Shown here: positions 16,438 through 32,972 of the stretch, piece after piece | How the letters are laid out: every line of letters starts with the position of its first letter | How positions within the stretch are numbered: the first letter of the stretch is position 1 | Assembly: GCF_009914755.1 (NCBI RefSeq) | Contig: NC_060929.1 | Origin: the human T2T-CHM13v2.0 reference genome, Homo sapiens | Strand: one strand, 5' to 3' | DNA: 64,000 nucleotides | The notes under the pieces: generated by a model | What the model saw: the letters and a program-made list of their open reading frames with translations, nothing else | Database searches by the model: none | What the model was told of the DNA's origin: nothing | Position numbers and translations under genes: made by a program

Positions 16438-16747
16438 TTATTTTATGTATTTATTTATTTGTTTTTGAGATGGAGTTTCACTCTGTTACCCAAGTTGGAG
16501 TGCATTGATGGGATCTTGGCTCACTGCAAACTCAGCCTCCCAGGTTCAAGCGATTCTTCTGCCTCAGCTTTCTGAGTAGTTCCGATTACAGGCGCCCACC
16601 ACCATGCCCAGCTAATTTTATATTTTTAGTAGAGACAGGGTTTCACCATGTTGGCCAGGCTGGTCTTGAATTCCTGACCTCAAGTGATCCTTCCGCCTCG
16701 GCCTCCCAAAGTGCTGGGATTACAGGCGTGAGCCACCACACATGGCC
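16438..16747 (-). mobile_element. Alu (AluS)
   Basis: TSD taatcattatttta at 16424-16437 and 16748-16761. Confidence 0.95.
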
Positions 16748-17109
16748 TAATCATTATTTTAGAGTGTACTGCTTCTATTTTTTTTTTTTAAGTTAACTGT
16801 GAAACTGCCTCAAGCAGGTCCTTCAGGAGTGTTCCAGAAGAAGGCATTGTTATCAGAGGAGATGGCAGCTCCATGCGTGTTACTGGCCCGAAGACCTTCC
16901 AGTGGGGCAAGATGTGGAGGTGGAAGACAGTCATATCGATGATCCTGACCCCTGTGTAGGTGTAGGCTAATGTGGGTGTTTGTGTTTTACCTTTTAACAA
17001 AAAAAAAAGTTTGAAAAGTAAAAAATAAAATTTTCAAATAGAAGAAAGCTTATAGAACATGGATATAACAAAAGAAAATATTTCTGTACAGCTGTGCGAT
17101 GTGTGTTTT

Positions 17110-17423
<314 letters not shown>

Positions 17424-17624
17424 AGGAAAGAAACTATTTTTAATAAACTTTAGTGTAGCCTAAGTGTACAGTGTTTATAAAGTCTACAGTAGTGTTTAGT
17501 AATGTCCTAGGCCTTCCCATTCACTCACTTCTCATTCACTCACTCACTCACTCACTCACCCAGAGCAACTTCCAGTCCTGCAAGCTCCATTCATGGTAAG
17601 TGTCACATACAGCTGTACCATTTT

Positions 17625-17960
17625 TAATTTTTGGATTTTGTGTTGTTTGTTTGTTTTTGTTTTTGTTTTGTTTTTGAGACAAGGTCTCTACTCTGTTGGC
17701 CAGATTGGAGTGCAGTGGTGCAATCACAGCTCACTGTAGCCTCAACCTCCTGGGCTCAAGAGATCCTTCCACCTCAGCCTCCCAAGTAGGCAGAAACACA
17801 GGCATGTACCACCATGCCTGGCTAATTTTTTTTTTTTTTTTTTTAGAGACAAGTTCTCCCTATGTTGCCCAGACTGGTCTCAAACTCCTGGGTTCAAGCA
17901 ATCCTCCCACCTCAGCCTCCAAAAAGGCTGAAACTACAGGTGTGAAACACTGCACCCGGC
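17625..17960 (-). mobile_element. Alu (AluJ)
   Basis: Reverse-complement dimeric Alu. Confidence 0.95.
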
Positions 17961-18792
17961 TTCATTGTTTATCTTTTATACTGTATTTTTACTGTGCCTT
18001 TTCTATGTTTAGATATACAAGTACTTACCACTGTGTTACCATTGCCTTCAGTACAGCAGCAGCTGTACAGCTTTGTAGCCTGGGAGCAATAGGCTATACC
18101 ATATAGTCTGGGTGTTTAGTCAACTGTACCATCTAGGCATGAGTAAGTACACTCTGTGATGTTCGCACAAAGATGAAATCACCTAATGGCACATTTCTTA
18201 GAATGTATCCCCATCATTAGGTAATGCATGACTCTTCATATATGTGTATATAAATATATATGTTCATTAAAACATTAACAGTGATCATCTCTAGGGAGTA
18301 GGACCATGAGTGATTTCTAAATTTTTTTCTGCTTATCAGTAATGAAATGTGTTTCTTGAATGTAATTTATAATGAGTAAAAAGATTAACAATTTTAAAAT
18401 GAAAATGCTTTCTAAAATAAAAGGGCAAAAAAATCCCAAAGTTTGGATATCGATTGTTGGATATTGACCGTTTCCTGTCTGCCTGTGCAGCACTCTCAAT
18501 CAAGAAACTACAGTTTGCATTCCTGAGGACATATCTTCCTGGCATTTAGAGTGGGGCATCAGGCCTCGCTGGCTTCAACTAAGAGAGAACCCCTCTGCCA
18601 AGGTGGTGGACAGCATCCTCTGTTGCTCACACACAATGAGGCTTTAAGTCCACTAGGTCCTGCTCCCATGCTTTTTTGGATCTGTTAGCCTCGTATTCAC
18701 CTATCCCCAGGCTTTTTGGGGAAACCTAGAATCTGGTAGCATTCTGACTTGGCGGGATCACTGTCTCTGAAGCTGATACGTTAAGCCACCAA

Positions 18793-18968
18793 GTGGGACC
18801 AGCCACATAATTTTCAGGGATCAGGTGTTAAATGGAAACGTGGGCCCCTTTGTCAAAACTTACTGAGAATTTCAAGATGATGAGAGCAGAGCATTAATCA
18901 GGTGCAGGCCTTTCTGAGCATGTGGGCTTTTTCTACTGCGCAGGTAGCACGCCTATGAAGCCACCCTG
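18793..18968 (-). mobile_element. MER45A-like (hAT-Tip100)
   Basis: Ends ..gcacgcctatgaagccaccctg, the reverse complement of the MER45 start cagggccggcttcatgggcgtgc. Confidence 0.65.
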
Positions 18969-19444
18969 GCACCAGCCTCCTTCTTATGTCCTATCAAGTA
19001 TGTTCAACTATAAAATGCAAACAAGTTAGTTTATTCGTGACCCTAATCAAGAGAGGCAGTTGAAATGGGGCCAAGACGAGTGTCAGGTAGACAGGACTTA
19101 TCTTCTACCATCCCAGGATAATGATGCCATTATGGCCACATTGTTCCAGAGTGTGTCTGTGTCCATTTATCCTCCTGGTACCCAGAGGGAGGAGAGGAGG
19201 AAGGGAGGAAGGGAGAGAGGGAGGGAGACTGCTGGGTGACCAGGGCAGAGGAAAGGAAAACTTTGCAACTATCAAATCATGCTCTTTTCTGCCCTCTACC
19301 CCACTAGAATGGCCAGTTGTGGGTCTCACACATCTTCGAAATAAAAGAAATAAACTTCCCATTATTTAGTAGCCTACTATCCAATGGGAGTATTATCTTG
19401 GCCAATTTGTTAACAAGTCAAATTAGAAATTTGTTACTAAGACG

Positions 19445-19851
<407 letters not shown>

Positions 19852-20784
19852 TAGCACTTTCTCTTGTTCCAGTTTAAATGTTTCAGAAAATTCTAACAAA
19901 AAGATCACATGGTGAGTGGCAGAGCTTGTGCTGCTGGCACTGCAGAGCCTGAAAGTGTAATTGTGGGTCTTTGTTTCTGAAGGGCCAGTGAGTGGTCTGG
20001 GACATGCCACTTAATTGATCTGTGTCTCAGTCTCCTCAGTTGTAAGCAAAGATAACAATATTCACAGTATTATTAGGAGAACAAGATAAAATAATATAAA
20101 TTAAGAACTTTGCAAATGGTCTCTTTTTAAAGCCTATACATAAAAGTATTAATGAGCTGTTACCTTAAATAATAGCTGCTGGGACATGCTGGGAAATGAG
20201 CAGGTGCTACATATATAGCCTGGTTTTTTTCTACAAGAAAATAGTTTGCTTTCCTGTATCTAGATTCACATTGTACACTGCACAAAATGTTTATTTAAAA
20301 AAGAAAATAACATCCCTTGTATTCTTCAGCCAAAGGTATGTGACCATCTTTTGTTCTGCAAATGTAACAAGCCTAAAAATACCTTCCTGTTAAGTATCAT
20401 TATAAGAAACCATAGGCTAGGGAAAAGATTGCTGCTCATAGTTGTAGCTCATTTATTTCAAGTGCTGTTTTATGTTTCAAACTACACTACACCAGAAGGC
20501 TTCAGACGTAACCTTGGAATATGACTTAACTCATACTTAATCTGTTTCTCACAGATACTTTTCCTGAGTACACACCTAGATAACACACACTCAGCCTCTG
20601 TGCACAAATAATTCCTGGATCATTTAGGGGTATCCAAGGTAGTATCAAAAGACACAGGCTGTGCTACCATCAACATTTTGAAACCTGGGAAAGAAACAAC
20701 TAAATCTGTCCATGATGAGGCTACACAGGTAAACTGAAACATGGAGATCCTCTGCATGAGCAGTTCATAAAAATGCTAGTTATG

Positions 20785-21157
<373 letters not shown>

Positions 21158-21406
21158 CACCCCAAATACCTGAGGGCGGTCAAGTGGGACACACTCTGAA
21201 CTGGTCTTCTCCTCTGCAAAATGAGGGTCATTTATCTAAGAGCTCCACAGGTGTAAAAATTAAATGAGATCAGGAATTCACACTTCATAATTCTGTAAAC
21301 TGTAAATATAAGGTATAGAGTGATTGAGGAAGGAAAAGAGTCTCATATTTGAAGGCTGAAATAGCATGAGATGAAGAAACTTTGAGCCAGTTTGGATAAT
21401 CTGAAG

Positions 21407-21408
<2 letters not shown>

Positions 21409-21438
<30 letters not shown>
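21409..21438. repeat. (GT)n microsatellite
   Basis: Direct reading. Confidence 0.95.
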
Positions 21439-21440
<2 letters not shown>

Positions 21441-22194
21441 ACCTGTGAAAATTTCACAAGACATTTACAGAAGTTAACTGGCCCATTCAAACCTCCATTA
21501 AAAAACATACTTCTTTCTGAAGAAAAAAAAGAAAAAGATAAAAGCAATTGCATCAGATGAATAAAAGCATTTAAATTCCTTTTAAGGTGAACTATGTTTC
21601 TAGAATTTAGTGTTTCTAGTAATAAATATCAGAGGGACATATTTTGGAATTCTAGGTTGATGTAATATCCTGCCTTAAGAACTAAAAGAGAGCTCAAAGA
21701 AAGGCGAGTAAACTTGAACCACACTTGGAGTCAGTTATCTTAAAAAAAATCAGAAAATTTGTGAACAGAGATTCAAAATATGAGTTGCTATAAGTGACTT
21801 GGCTGAATAGTAAGGTATAGATGCTACAACCAGACTTTCAAAAAGGCAACTATTCATAGCAATATAATTTCCATGGTTTCATGTTGATCATTTGGTGCTG
21901 GGAAATTCTCATGGTGTGTTAGATCCTGTTTAGAACACATTCCTCTTATGAAAGCTGGTACGAATTTACAGAGGGGATTTTCAAATAACAGGGCTGGAAA
22001 TGAGGGGACTTCCCAAAAGGCATGGGTTTAGAGTCGAGCCGTTTGGGAAATGGAGCAAGCTTTTGTTAAGTTCTGAAAGACGACAAAGGGCTAAATAATT
22101 TTAGGATTTCAGTTGTTTGACAAATATGCATTAACTACCTACTGCATGTTGGCACTGGGCTAAGGGCACAGAGCTGATCAAAACAAAGTCCCTC

Positions 22195-22485
22195 ACTGGG
22201 CTCAGTGGCTCACATCTATAATCCCAGCACTTTGGTTGGCTGAGGCGGCCAGATCTCTTGAGGTCAGGAGTTCAAGACCAGCCTGGCCAACATGGAGAAA
22301 CCCCATCTCTACTAAAAATACAAAAATTAGCCAGCCATGGTGGCACATGCCCACAGTCCCTGCTACTCAGGAGGCTGAGGCAGGAGAATCGCTTGAACCC
22401 GGGAGGCAGAGGTTGCAGCGAGCCAAGATGGCACTCCAGCCTGGGCAACAGAGCAAGACTCTGTCTCAAAAAAAAAACAAAAAAT
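22195..22485 (+). mobile_element. Alu (AluS)
   Basis: Dimeric Alu. Confidence 0.95.
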
Positions 22486-22486
22486 A

Positions 22487-22865
<379 letters not shown>

Positions 22866-23989
22866 TTATTAAAAAGCGCTGAGAAGAAATGTTCGGGGAA
22901 TGTGGTGGAGGGTGATGGGAGAGGAATTTGCCGCACTGGATGGGAAGGATTTTCGGAAGAGGTAACATAGGAGCTGGAACCTGAGGGTAAAAATGGTGAA
23001 AACCCAGGGAATTCTATTTGGGCAGAGGCAACAGCGAGTGGCAAGGTCCTAAGGAGGAGAGGAGAGAAGGTGTGTTCCAGGAAGAGAGAGGAGAGAACTC
23101 TGGTTGGAGCCCAGAGGGCAGGGAAGAGGCTGCTGGGAGATGAGGTTGGAGGGGCAGTCACAGCCAGCACTCACAGGGCCTTGAAGCCTTAGATGAGGAG
23201 TTTGGGTTTGATTTCCGAGCACGATTGCCAGCCATTGAAGGGCCTAAGACAGGACATTGATTTCTGGTGTTCAAAGATGACTTTGGCTTTGGGTGGTTGG
23301 GCAGGGAAGGTGAGCACAGAGAAGAGGGGAAGGAAAGAGACAGGTTGAGGGTTACAGCAGTAGCCCAAGTGAAAATGCAAATGAACAGCAGAGGCCATTT
23401 AGGTGTCAGCCATATGGCCACCGGAAATCTGCTCTGTGCTGAAGCCATTAGCCTGTTTGAATCTCTCGTGCTCTGTACTGGCCGCCCAGCCTGTGACTCA
23501 AAGACTCCACTGCAGGAATACCCAACCTTTTCCTGACAATTTCCCAGAAACTGTGTCATGTTGGGAGTGTGTATCAAGAAGAGGCTGGCCAGTGATTGCT
23601 AAGAAAAGCCGTAAATGGGAATAATGGACAAAGTGTGGCTACAGTTTCAGGATTTTTCCAGCGCAAAAAATTCTAGAAACCCAGGGAGTGGAGCATGGTG
23701 GAAACCCCAGGCTGGAGATCCTCAGTGTCAGGTTCTGAGGTCAACGTGTAGATCAGAACCAACATGAGGGGCCTCTGCACAGTGTCTTGGGGTGGAGGGC
23801 GTGAGTGGGGGTGAACAATGGCAGGATCTAGAAATGCAGATAATTTGAATCCACCCGGAAGTGACTGCGTCTCTAACATTACCTTCATTTTTCCTTTGTA
23901 ATTAACTTTAATTTATTTTTACTGGTTTGTAGACTACCCAGAGACACTGTGGGAAGATTTGTCAGATAGAATTCTAAAATTCTCATTCA

Positions 23990-24455
<466 letters not shown>

Positions 24456-24524
24456 TCATTTCTGTATTTTCAATATACTTTACCTAAAGCTTATTTCACT
24501 GTAGGCTGGCAAGTTTCCTGGACA

Positions 24525-24730
24525 ACATAGCATGAGAAAAGAATGTAAGTTTTGGAGTCAGAGAGGAATTTGCCCAAAGTCTGGCTCAGCCGTATTCTAG
24601 CTCTATTGTTTTGGTCAAGTCATTCGAATTCTTTCAGCCTCAGTTTCCACATCTGTGTAATGGGAGTCATAAGGATTATAAATAATAGTTGTAAAGTGCC
24701 TGGCTCCTACTAGACACCTGATAAATATCA
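24525..24730 (+). mobile_element. MIR
   Basis: tttggagtcaga..ggtcaagtcatt..cctcagtttccacatctgt. Confidence 0.75.
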
Positions 24731-26433
24731 GAATTATAATCATAGTGCCAAGGAAACATTACTTTCTCATATGAACTAGGGGACTTATACAAAATAAAAG
24801 AATGCCCTTTTCCACATCTGCAGGTTGTATCAAGTCCTGATATGCACAAGTGGTCACACAAAGGAGTTCAAGGTTAAAGAATGAGGAGACTGAGCACCAA
24901 CCCTTCCCTGGGTCCCTGCCGTTGGCACAACTCACAGCACTGCTAACAAAGGCTCAGGAACAACATCCTCATCACACCCATTCATCATTTTTCACCTTCC
25001 TTTTTGAGGTTAGGGATGGAAACTATTAGAGTTAGGAAAATGACTGTAATATTTTCCCCCAGTCATGATATTCTATCAATATGAAAGTTCCCAGAATATT
25101 CAACAGCCTCAGAGCTCACCAGGGTGGTAAGCCTAAACTTATTTGCTTTTAAAACATAAATGAAGTTGGTTCTGTAAATGTAACTTCTCACTGAGCCCAG
25201 AAATGAAAAATTCCAGCTTGTCACTGATCTCTTACAAAACTTGGAAGGAGCAATCTCCTTTCGTAGGCAGGATTCATATAAAACAGCCCAACTCAGTTCT
25301 TGTTTCTTTGTTTGCTCCATGTTTGGTTATAATTAAGTGTTTCATTCTTGAGGTTTCTTATCCACAGAGCTTCCCTGTAGAAGAGTTACCAGAGAATTAT
25401 TTCTGCCTTTGCAAAGCAGGGAAGAGGTTCCCCCACCCACCTCTGTCTGAGCATTAAATCCCAGACACCAGCAGTTGGACTGAGCCCCACTTTCCAATCC
25501 TTTGATATTCCTTCCAATATTTTAGGGTGCAAGTCACCAAAACCAGAAAATCTTTATTGTAATTTTTTAAATTGCTGTTTGTTTAATTGATACCGACAAC
25601 TAGTATTTCCTTCTTTAACTTTTCTATTTTAGGTTAGACCATGGAAGTTAAAGCAATGTGTGGAGGAAGAGTGTTGTGAGAAAAGAGAATATTAGAAGTA
25701 ACTTTTATTTTTGGAGATTTTGAAAATAAATAGAGGGAAATGAGATAACCTCATGAAGGAAAGTAAGACTTAAGATCTGGAAGAGATTGAGTAGTTTCCT
25801 CATGTAAGGAAACCATAAACATGAAAGGTATCATGGTGACTTGAGTTGGGTTTTGAGAATGAGAAACTTGCTTTCCTCTCGGGCCTCCCCCACAAGTTGG
25901 GGAAGCCCACCTGCATTTTCAGGATGCTGGTCCCATGCCCAACCCAAGCATGTAAAATGGAAGAAATGAGCCCAAAGGGGAAGATTGGAAGCCCCAAAAT
26001 GATCCAGGCTTTTCTCACAACTTAACTTGGTACATCGTGGCCCCAAATGAGAGCATAAAGTGAACCCAGACAACCATTTAAGTGGTAGACCTTGAAAAGA
26101 GCATGCTGGCTCCAGATTTTCTCACAGCAGCCTGCAGTTCTTCCCAAGGCTCTTTTCTGTGAGTTAGCTCATTCGAACTTCCTCCTAAAATGTCATGAGC
26201 TATCTGGGAGGAGTACATCGCAATGCCATTATTACCCATTATAATTTTAATTTGACTTGATTTCTCACATCATGGGTGCTGTGGACTGAATGTTTGTATC
26301 TCCACAAAGTCGATAAATTGAAGCTTTATTTCCCAGTGTGATACTATTAAGAGGTGGGGCCTTTGGGAGGTAATTAGGTTGTGAAGGATGAGCCCTCATG
26401 ATGGGATTAGTTCCCTTATAAGAAGAGACATGA

Positions 26434-27048
<615 letters not shown>

Positions 27049-27069
27049 CTAATATATAATCAATTTTTT

Positions 27070-27394
<325 letters not shown>

Positions 27395-28093
27395 AATTTT
27401 TTTTTAAATAAGAGATATGAAAGAAATCACCTGTTTCTCTGCCACATGAGGAAACAGCAAGAAGGCAGCCCTCTGCAAACCAGGAAGAGAGCCCTCACCA
27501 GGATCCAAATTGGCCAGTACCTTGATGTTGGACTTTCTAGCCTCCAAAACTGTGAAAAATATTTTTTTGTTGTTGTTTAAGCCACTGGTTCTATGGTATT
27601 TTTGTTATAGCAGCCTGAACTAAGGTGAAGATTATGGGGGAGAGTATAAATAAGAGGAACAGTGGACTGCTGTGTTTTAATATCATTGGTAGGCATGGTC
27701 TGAGAGTGGCTGGCTGCAGAAGAGGCCCTGGACAGACAGGGGTTGTCCTGCTCAGAAGTGTGCACACTGCTGGTCTGAAAGCAAAAGATCATCCATCTCT
27801 CATAGGATTCACAAGTCAATCATTAAGCAAGCATTTACTGAGGACCGATATGATGTGCCAGGCACAGTTCCAGGCACCGTGAACCCAAAGAGTTCTCCAA
27901 GATACATTCCTCAGGTAAACAGGTAATTAGGCCACCACATGCTAAGTGGGAAGATACAGATATACACAGGAAGCTACAGGAACACAAGGTGTGGGACTGA
28001 GCCCAACTCAGAGGGAGTGCTGGAAGATTGTTAGGACAGGCTCCCTGGAGGAGGTGATAGCTGAGCCAAGGTATTTTCCATAGCAGAGATTAC

Positions 28094-28757
28094 CATATTT
28101 CACCGATTATGAGATGCACTTTCTTTTCCACATTGTAACATCTCTAAAACTGGGATTCATCCCATAATTGATGGAGACTTGCCATAGCTCTGATTGTCAT
28201 TACCTGCACACAGGTAAATTCGGTCATTTTGTCATCAATTCATTTGAGTTATTTGCAACATTAGTACTACGCAAGTGGAGTTTAATCGCCATTTAAAATA
28301 TCTTCAAAAACATTAGATATAGTTTGGTGTTACAGCAAAAAAAAAAAGTCTACACAGAAAAGTATAGGAATAAAGGAGCTTACATTGGATATTAACAAAG
28401 CAGATATTTATGGAGGAATGACCAGAGTTGTGTATTTGTCACAAGTATTTTAATAGAATCAAGAAGAGAAGATACCCACAAGTATGTGAAGCTGTGTTAT
28501 ATTTTGTTACTAAGATACCAAAAAAAAGAATTGTCTATCACACACTAAGCAACACAGCTAAAGGCAGGAAAGTTGCCAAACCCAGAGGAATATACACAGG
28601 GAAGTATCAAATGAGCAAAGGCTGGTGGCACTAATTTCATGCACGAGCAGGACTGTTCTTAAAGCATTATATCACAGTTTAATGGGCAGAGTGGTGTTTT
28701 TCTTTTTTGGTGATAAATAAACCAGCCAATCAATGGTACCTTAATTTGATATATAGT
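28094..28757 (+). mobile_element. Kanga/MER104-like TcMar-Tc2 DNA transposon remnant
   Basis: ta-ccatatttcaccgattatgagatgcac..aacatctctaaaactgggat start; caatcaatggtacctta.. end. Confidence 0.55.
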
Positions 28758-28810
28758 GGGACATTTGGATCAAGGGACAGAAACCCACCCACTTTAACTT
28801 AAACCTAAGG

Positions 28811-29010
28811 CAGTGGTGTGCTAGAGCCAGCTCGTGTAAGCTCACAAAAGATGAGTATATATGCACAAGTCTACATGTAGTGATGTTACAATAGCGTAAA
28901 ATAGATCATGGGGGGAGTATTTACATCTTGGAAACTGGCAAGTGCTACAAATCAAGGCTTTGTTATTTGTTTGTTTGCTTTTTAAGAGCTGTTTTACCAG
29001 CACACCACTG
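28811..29010 (+). mobile_element. MER63A-like (hAT-Blackjack MITE)
   Basis: TIRs cagtggtgtgct / agcacaccactg, 200 bp. Confidence 0.8.
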
Positions 29011-29239
29011 CCAGAGGGGAATTTGTGGATTATACAGGCATAGCTCACGGAAGCTTTACTAGGGTTTGGAACCAGGTAATGTAAAGTTATCAAGAACAAT
29101 GACAAATCTTTTCTATGTTTATTTTCCTCTTGGTGTCTCTGGAGCCACATGGTGTCTCTTGTCTTCTTAGATCTCTTTGGTCTTCTCTCTCGGGAGAAAA
29201 TGGCCACCTCTGGAACAATCAGGTTTGCGTAAAATCATA

Positions 29240-29995
29240 CAGTCAGGCGTCACATAATAACACTGCAGTCACTGATGGACCATGTATATGACAGTGCTCC
29301 CAAAAGATATAATGGAGCTGGGAAATTCCTGTCGACTGATGATGTCATAGCTGCCCTAACATCTAGCACAACACATTACTCATGGGTTTGTGGCGATGCT
29401 GGTGTAAACAAACCTACTTTGCTGCCAGTCATATAAAAGTAGAGCACATACATTTCTATACAGTACATAATACCATAATACTTGATAATATAATAAACGA
29501 CTATGTTACTGGTTTATGTATTCACTATACTATACTTTTTGTTGTTATTTTAGAGTGTACTCCTTCTACTTATTTAAAAAAAAAACAACAAGTTAACTGC
29601 AAAACAGCCTTAGGCAGTTCCTTCAGGAGGGATTCCAGAAGAAGGCATTGTTATCATAGGAGATGATAGCTCCATGCATGTTATTGCCCCAGAAGACCTT
29701 CCAGTCAGGCAAGATGTGGAGGTGAAGACAGTGATATTGATGATCCTGACCCTGTGTAGGCCTAGGCTAATGTGTGTGTTTGTGTCTTCATTTTTAACAA
29801 AAAAAGCTTTTAAAGTTTTAAAAAACTGTTCTTAATAGAAAAAAAGCTGATAGAATAAGGATATAAAGAAAGAAGACACCTGTACCTCTGCACAATGGGT
29901 TTGTATTTTTCTTGTTTTGTTTTTACACTCCTGCCCCTCCCCCAGGTTCTGTGTTTGTGTTTTAAGCTAAGCGTTATTACAAAAGAGTAAAAAAA
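29240..29995 (+). mobile_element. Tigger3b-type DNA transposon, right part missing
   Basis: TA + cagtcaggcgtcacataa left TIR; colinear with the 15828 copy (ccagaagaaggcattgttatc, gaagaccttccagt). Confidence 0.85.
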
Positions 29996-30024
29996 AAAAA
30001 TGATGAGTATCTCAAGTTCATTCT

Positions 30025-30336
30025 TTTTTTTTTTTTTTTTTTTTTGAGAGAGAGTCTCCCTCTTTCTCCCAGGCTGGAGTGAAGTGGCGCGATCTCAGTG
30101 TGATCTCAGCTCACTGCAACCTCTGCCCCCACATTCAAGCGATTCTCCTGCTCAGCCTCCCGAGTAGCTGGGATTACATGTGCCCACCACCACACCTGGC
30201 TAAATTTTGTATTTTTAGTAGAGACAGGGTTTTGTCATGTTGGCCAGGCTGGTCTCAAACTCCTGACCTCAGGTGATCCACCCACCTCAGCCTCCCAAAC
30301 TGCTAGGATTACAGGCGTGAGCCACCATGCCCGGCT
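30025..30336 (-). mobile_element. Alu (AluS)
   Basis: TSD agttcattct. Confidence 0.95.
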
Positions 30337-30719
30337 GAGTTCATTCTCAAAGGAAATTGGTTAGGGTGAAAAAGTGAGCTAGAAGTGTGTTTCAAGCTGA
30401 AGGAATAGAAAATACCAAGGCACTTAGAGTCCCTAGAGCAAAAATTGGAAACTAGGCATGGTAGAAGATGAGGCTGAAGAGGAGGGCAAAGGCCAAGCAT
30501 GAGGGCCTCATATCCCATGTTGAGGAGCTTGGATCTTATTCTGCACATGACAGAGTTTCAAAGACCAAAGATATCAAGCCTGGGAGACCTGAGGTCTAGA
30601 TCTATGTTCCCAGTAGGCACACAAACTCCTGCAATGTATCAAGCTGCAATGAAGAGAACTGTCAAGGCAATTGGAAGCTTGAAATGTAGACATGCCCATC
30701 AACTGAGTCGTTCCATAAT

Positions 30720-30850
30720 GTGAGCAAGTCATTTACTCTCCCAAAGCCTCAGTTTCTTCGTCTACAAAATAGAGGTAGCTAATACCTACCCTCTCACTAC
30801 CTCAAAGGGTTGCTGGGAAGGGAAATTACATAATTTGTGTAAAAACCCTT
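30720..30850 (+). mobile_element. MIR
   Basis: gagcaagtcattta..gcctcagtttcttcgtctacaaaat. Confidence 0.7.
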
Positions 30851-31539
30851 TTAGGAGAGTAAAACATGGTTCAAGGATAAGGTACCTACTCATGTGTAAA
30901 ATGAGGGGGTTGGCCTTGATGGAATCTAATGTTCTTCAACTTCTAAAGTTTTACAACTCTGTTATTATCCTTATTATCTGATGATCATGATAAAATTATG
31001 GGGTTTATGGACCTGAAACACCCTCCTCTCATCTTGCCAAGAAAACTGAATGTGAAGCTCTTAGTCTGGGAAATACCACTTCCTACGTGGTTGTTTCCAC
31101 AGAGACACCAGTAACCATAAAGTTATGCAGGAATGTGAACTGTTTGGGTTTGAATAGGAAAAGGAAATTGATTTATAAACCAGGAAGATAACCAAACCTC
31201 TAAAAAAGAACAAAGGTTTTCTCTCTGTACATTACATGTAAATATGTAACAGAATCCCCCATTTGGTAACCTCTCTGCTTTTTAAAATATTACATATCAT
31301 GCTACACTGAAATGCCAAGTGACTTAACAGTAGCTTTAGAAAAGTGTGGATAAAACTTAGAGGTTTAGAATGATGAGATCCGGAGGCTTTTTCCTTTCCT
31401 AAATTGCCCTTCAGCCACAGTGTTTCACGTTCATTAACTCTTGTGTCTTAGAAAGGGAAAAAGGAAACAATCTCCTTCCTAAAGATATTTCATCCAATGT
31501 GGTACAGTTGATGATCAATAATAGATTGGAACCATTGCA

Positions 31540-31780
31540 ACACGCCCAGAAGGCTTCTTATGTGTTAGGCACCAGGCTGACTGCTTTATTTGCATTCCCT
31601 CACGTAGTCCTTACAAAATCCCTAATGAACCATGCACTTTATAACCATGGCCCCATTATACAGATGAGACACTGAGGCTCAGATAGGCTAATTGGCTTGC
31701 TCAGGGTCCCATAGCCAGCAAGTGGTGCCACTGGAATTGAAAGTCACAGAGCCAGAATTCATCAACCTTGCTATCACCTT
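31540..31780 (-). mobile_element. MIR
   Basis: ccccattatacagatgagacactgaggctcaga. Confidence 0.75.
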
Positions 31781-32667
31781 GTGATAGCTTGTCTCTGACT
31801 GTTTAAATGTGATTCCCTAAAAACAATTTTTCCAGAACAAAAATTAACTTCCTGACCCGTATGGAGGGTGGGGAGAGTGGTTGGAAAAGGATCACAATAG
31901 AAATAGAGGCTCTGTGACAATTAATTTGTAACAGTTAAGAAAGAATGAGTGGCATGTTCAATGTTCTCAGTAGATACAAACAATCAATGTTTTCCAGAAC
32001 AAGCCAGCCTGAAACATCAGAGGCATTAAGTCTCAGGAAAGGCTCAGACTTTCAAAAACCCCTTTGCTCCATAAGTAGATGGCAGGCCTCCTCATCCCAG
32101 CTAGCAAGGATTTGAGAGAAGACAGGAATTCTTTATCCAAAACCTGGTCCCTCTCTTAGTGGTTGACCAAAATATCAATTGCAGCTGTTTCTTCCTATAG
32201 TCCAGAGTGATAACATTTGTGGAAAGTGAATGAGACCCTATGAAAAAAATTTTCTCCTTATTTTTCCAAGCAAAACCCTCTAATCAAATATCTTTCTTTC
32301 ACATACATTTAAACAGACTTTTAAAATACACTCAGAGAAAACCAAAAAAATCACATTAGATACTCCTTTTCTTTGGTTAACCATAAATATTTGTGAGGCA
32401 TAAAAGCCCATAGTAGAGAGGAAAGTAATAATGCAGCTCAATAATTTACTGCTATTTCTAGAACATAATTTCCAAGTAAAGAGATTAAGTGGCATGCATT
32501 TATTGAGCATTTACTAAGTACCTAGCTGCATGGGATTAAAAATAAGGGCAGTAAGATCTTAATTAACTGATGTCTGGGAACTGAATTTTGTAAAAACAAA
32601 GGACCAAACAAGATTTTGATATAAACTCTGCAAGCAAAACTGCCTAAGGGTAGGAAAGAACATTTTA

Positions 32668-32972
32668 TTTTATTTTTAATGTAATTTAAATTTTTTTAAG
32701 ACACAGGATCTTGCTCTGTCACCTTTGCTAGAGTACAGTGGCATAATCGTAGTTCGCTGCAGCCTTGAACTCAAGTGATCTTTCCACCTCAGCTTCCCGA
32801 GTAGCTGGGACTACAGGTCACACCTTTATGCCCAGCTAATTTTTAAATTTTTTATAGATATGGGATCTTGTCATGTTGCCCAGGGTGGTCTCAAATTACT
32901 GGCCTCAAGCAATCCTCTCACTTCCATGTCCCAAAGTACTGGGATTACAGGCATGAGCCACCACACAGAACC
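32668..32972 (-). mobile_element. Alu (AluJ)
   Basis: TSD gaaagaacatttta. Confidence 0.95.
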
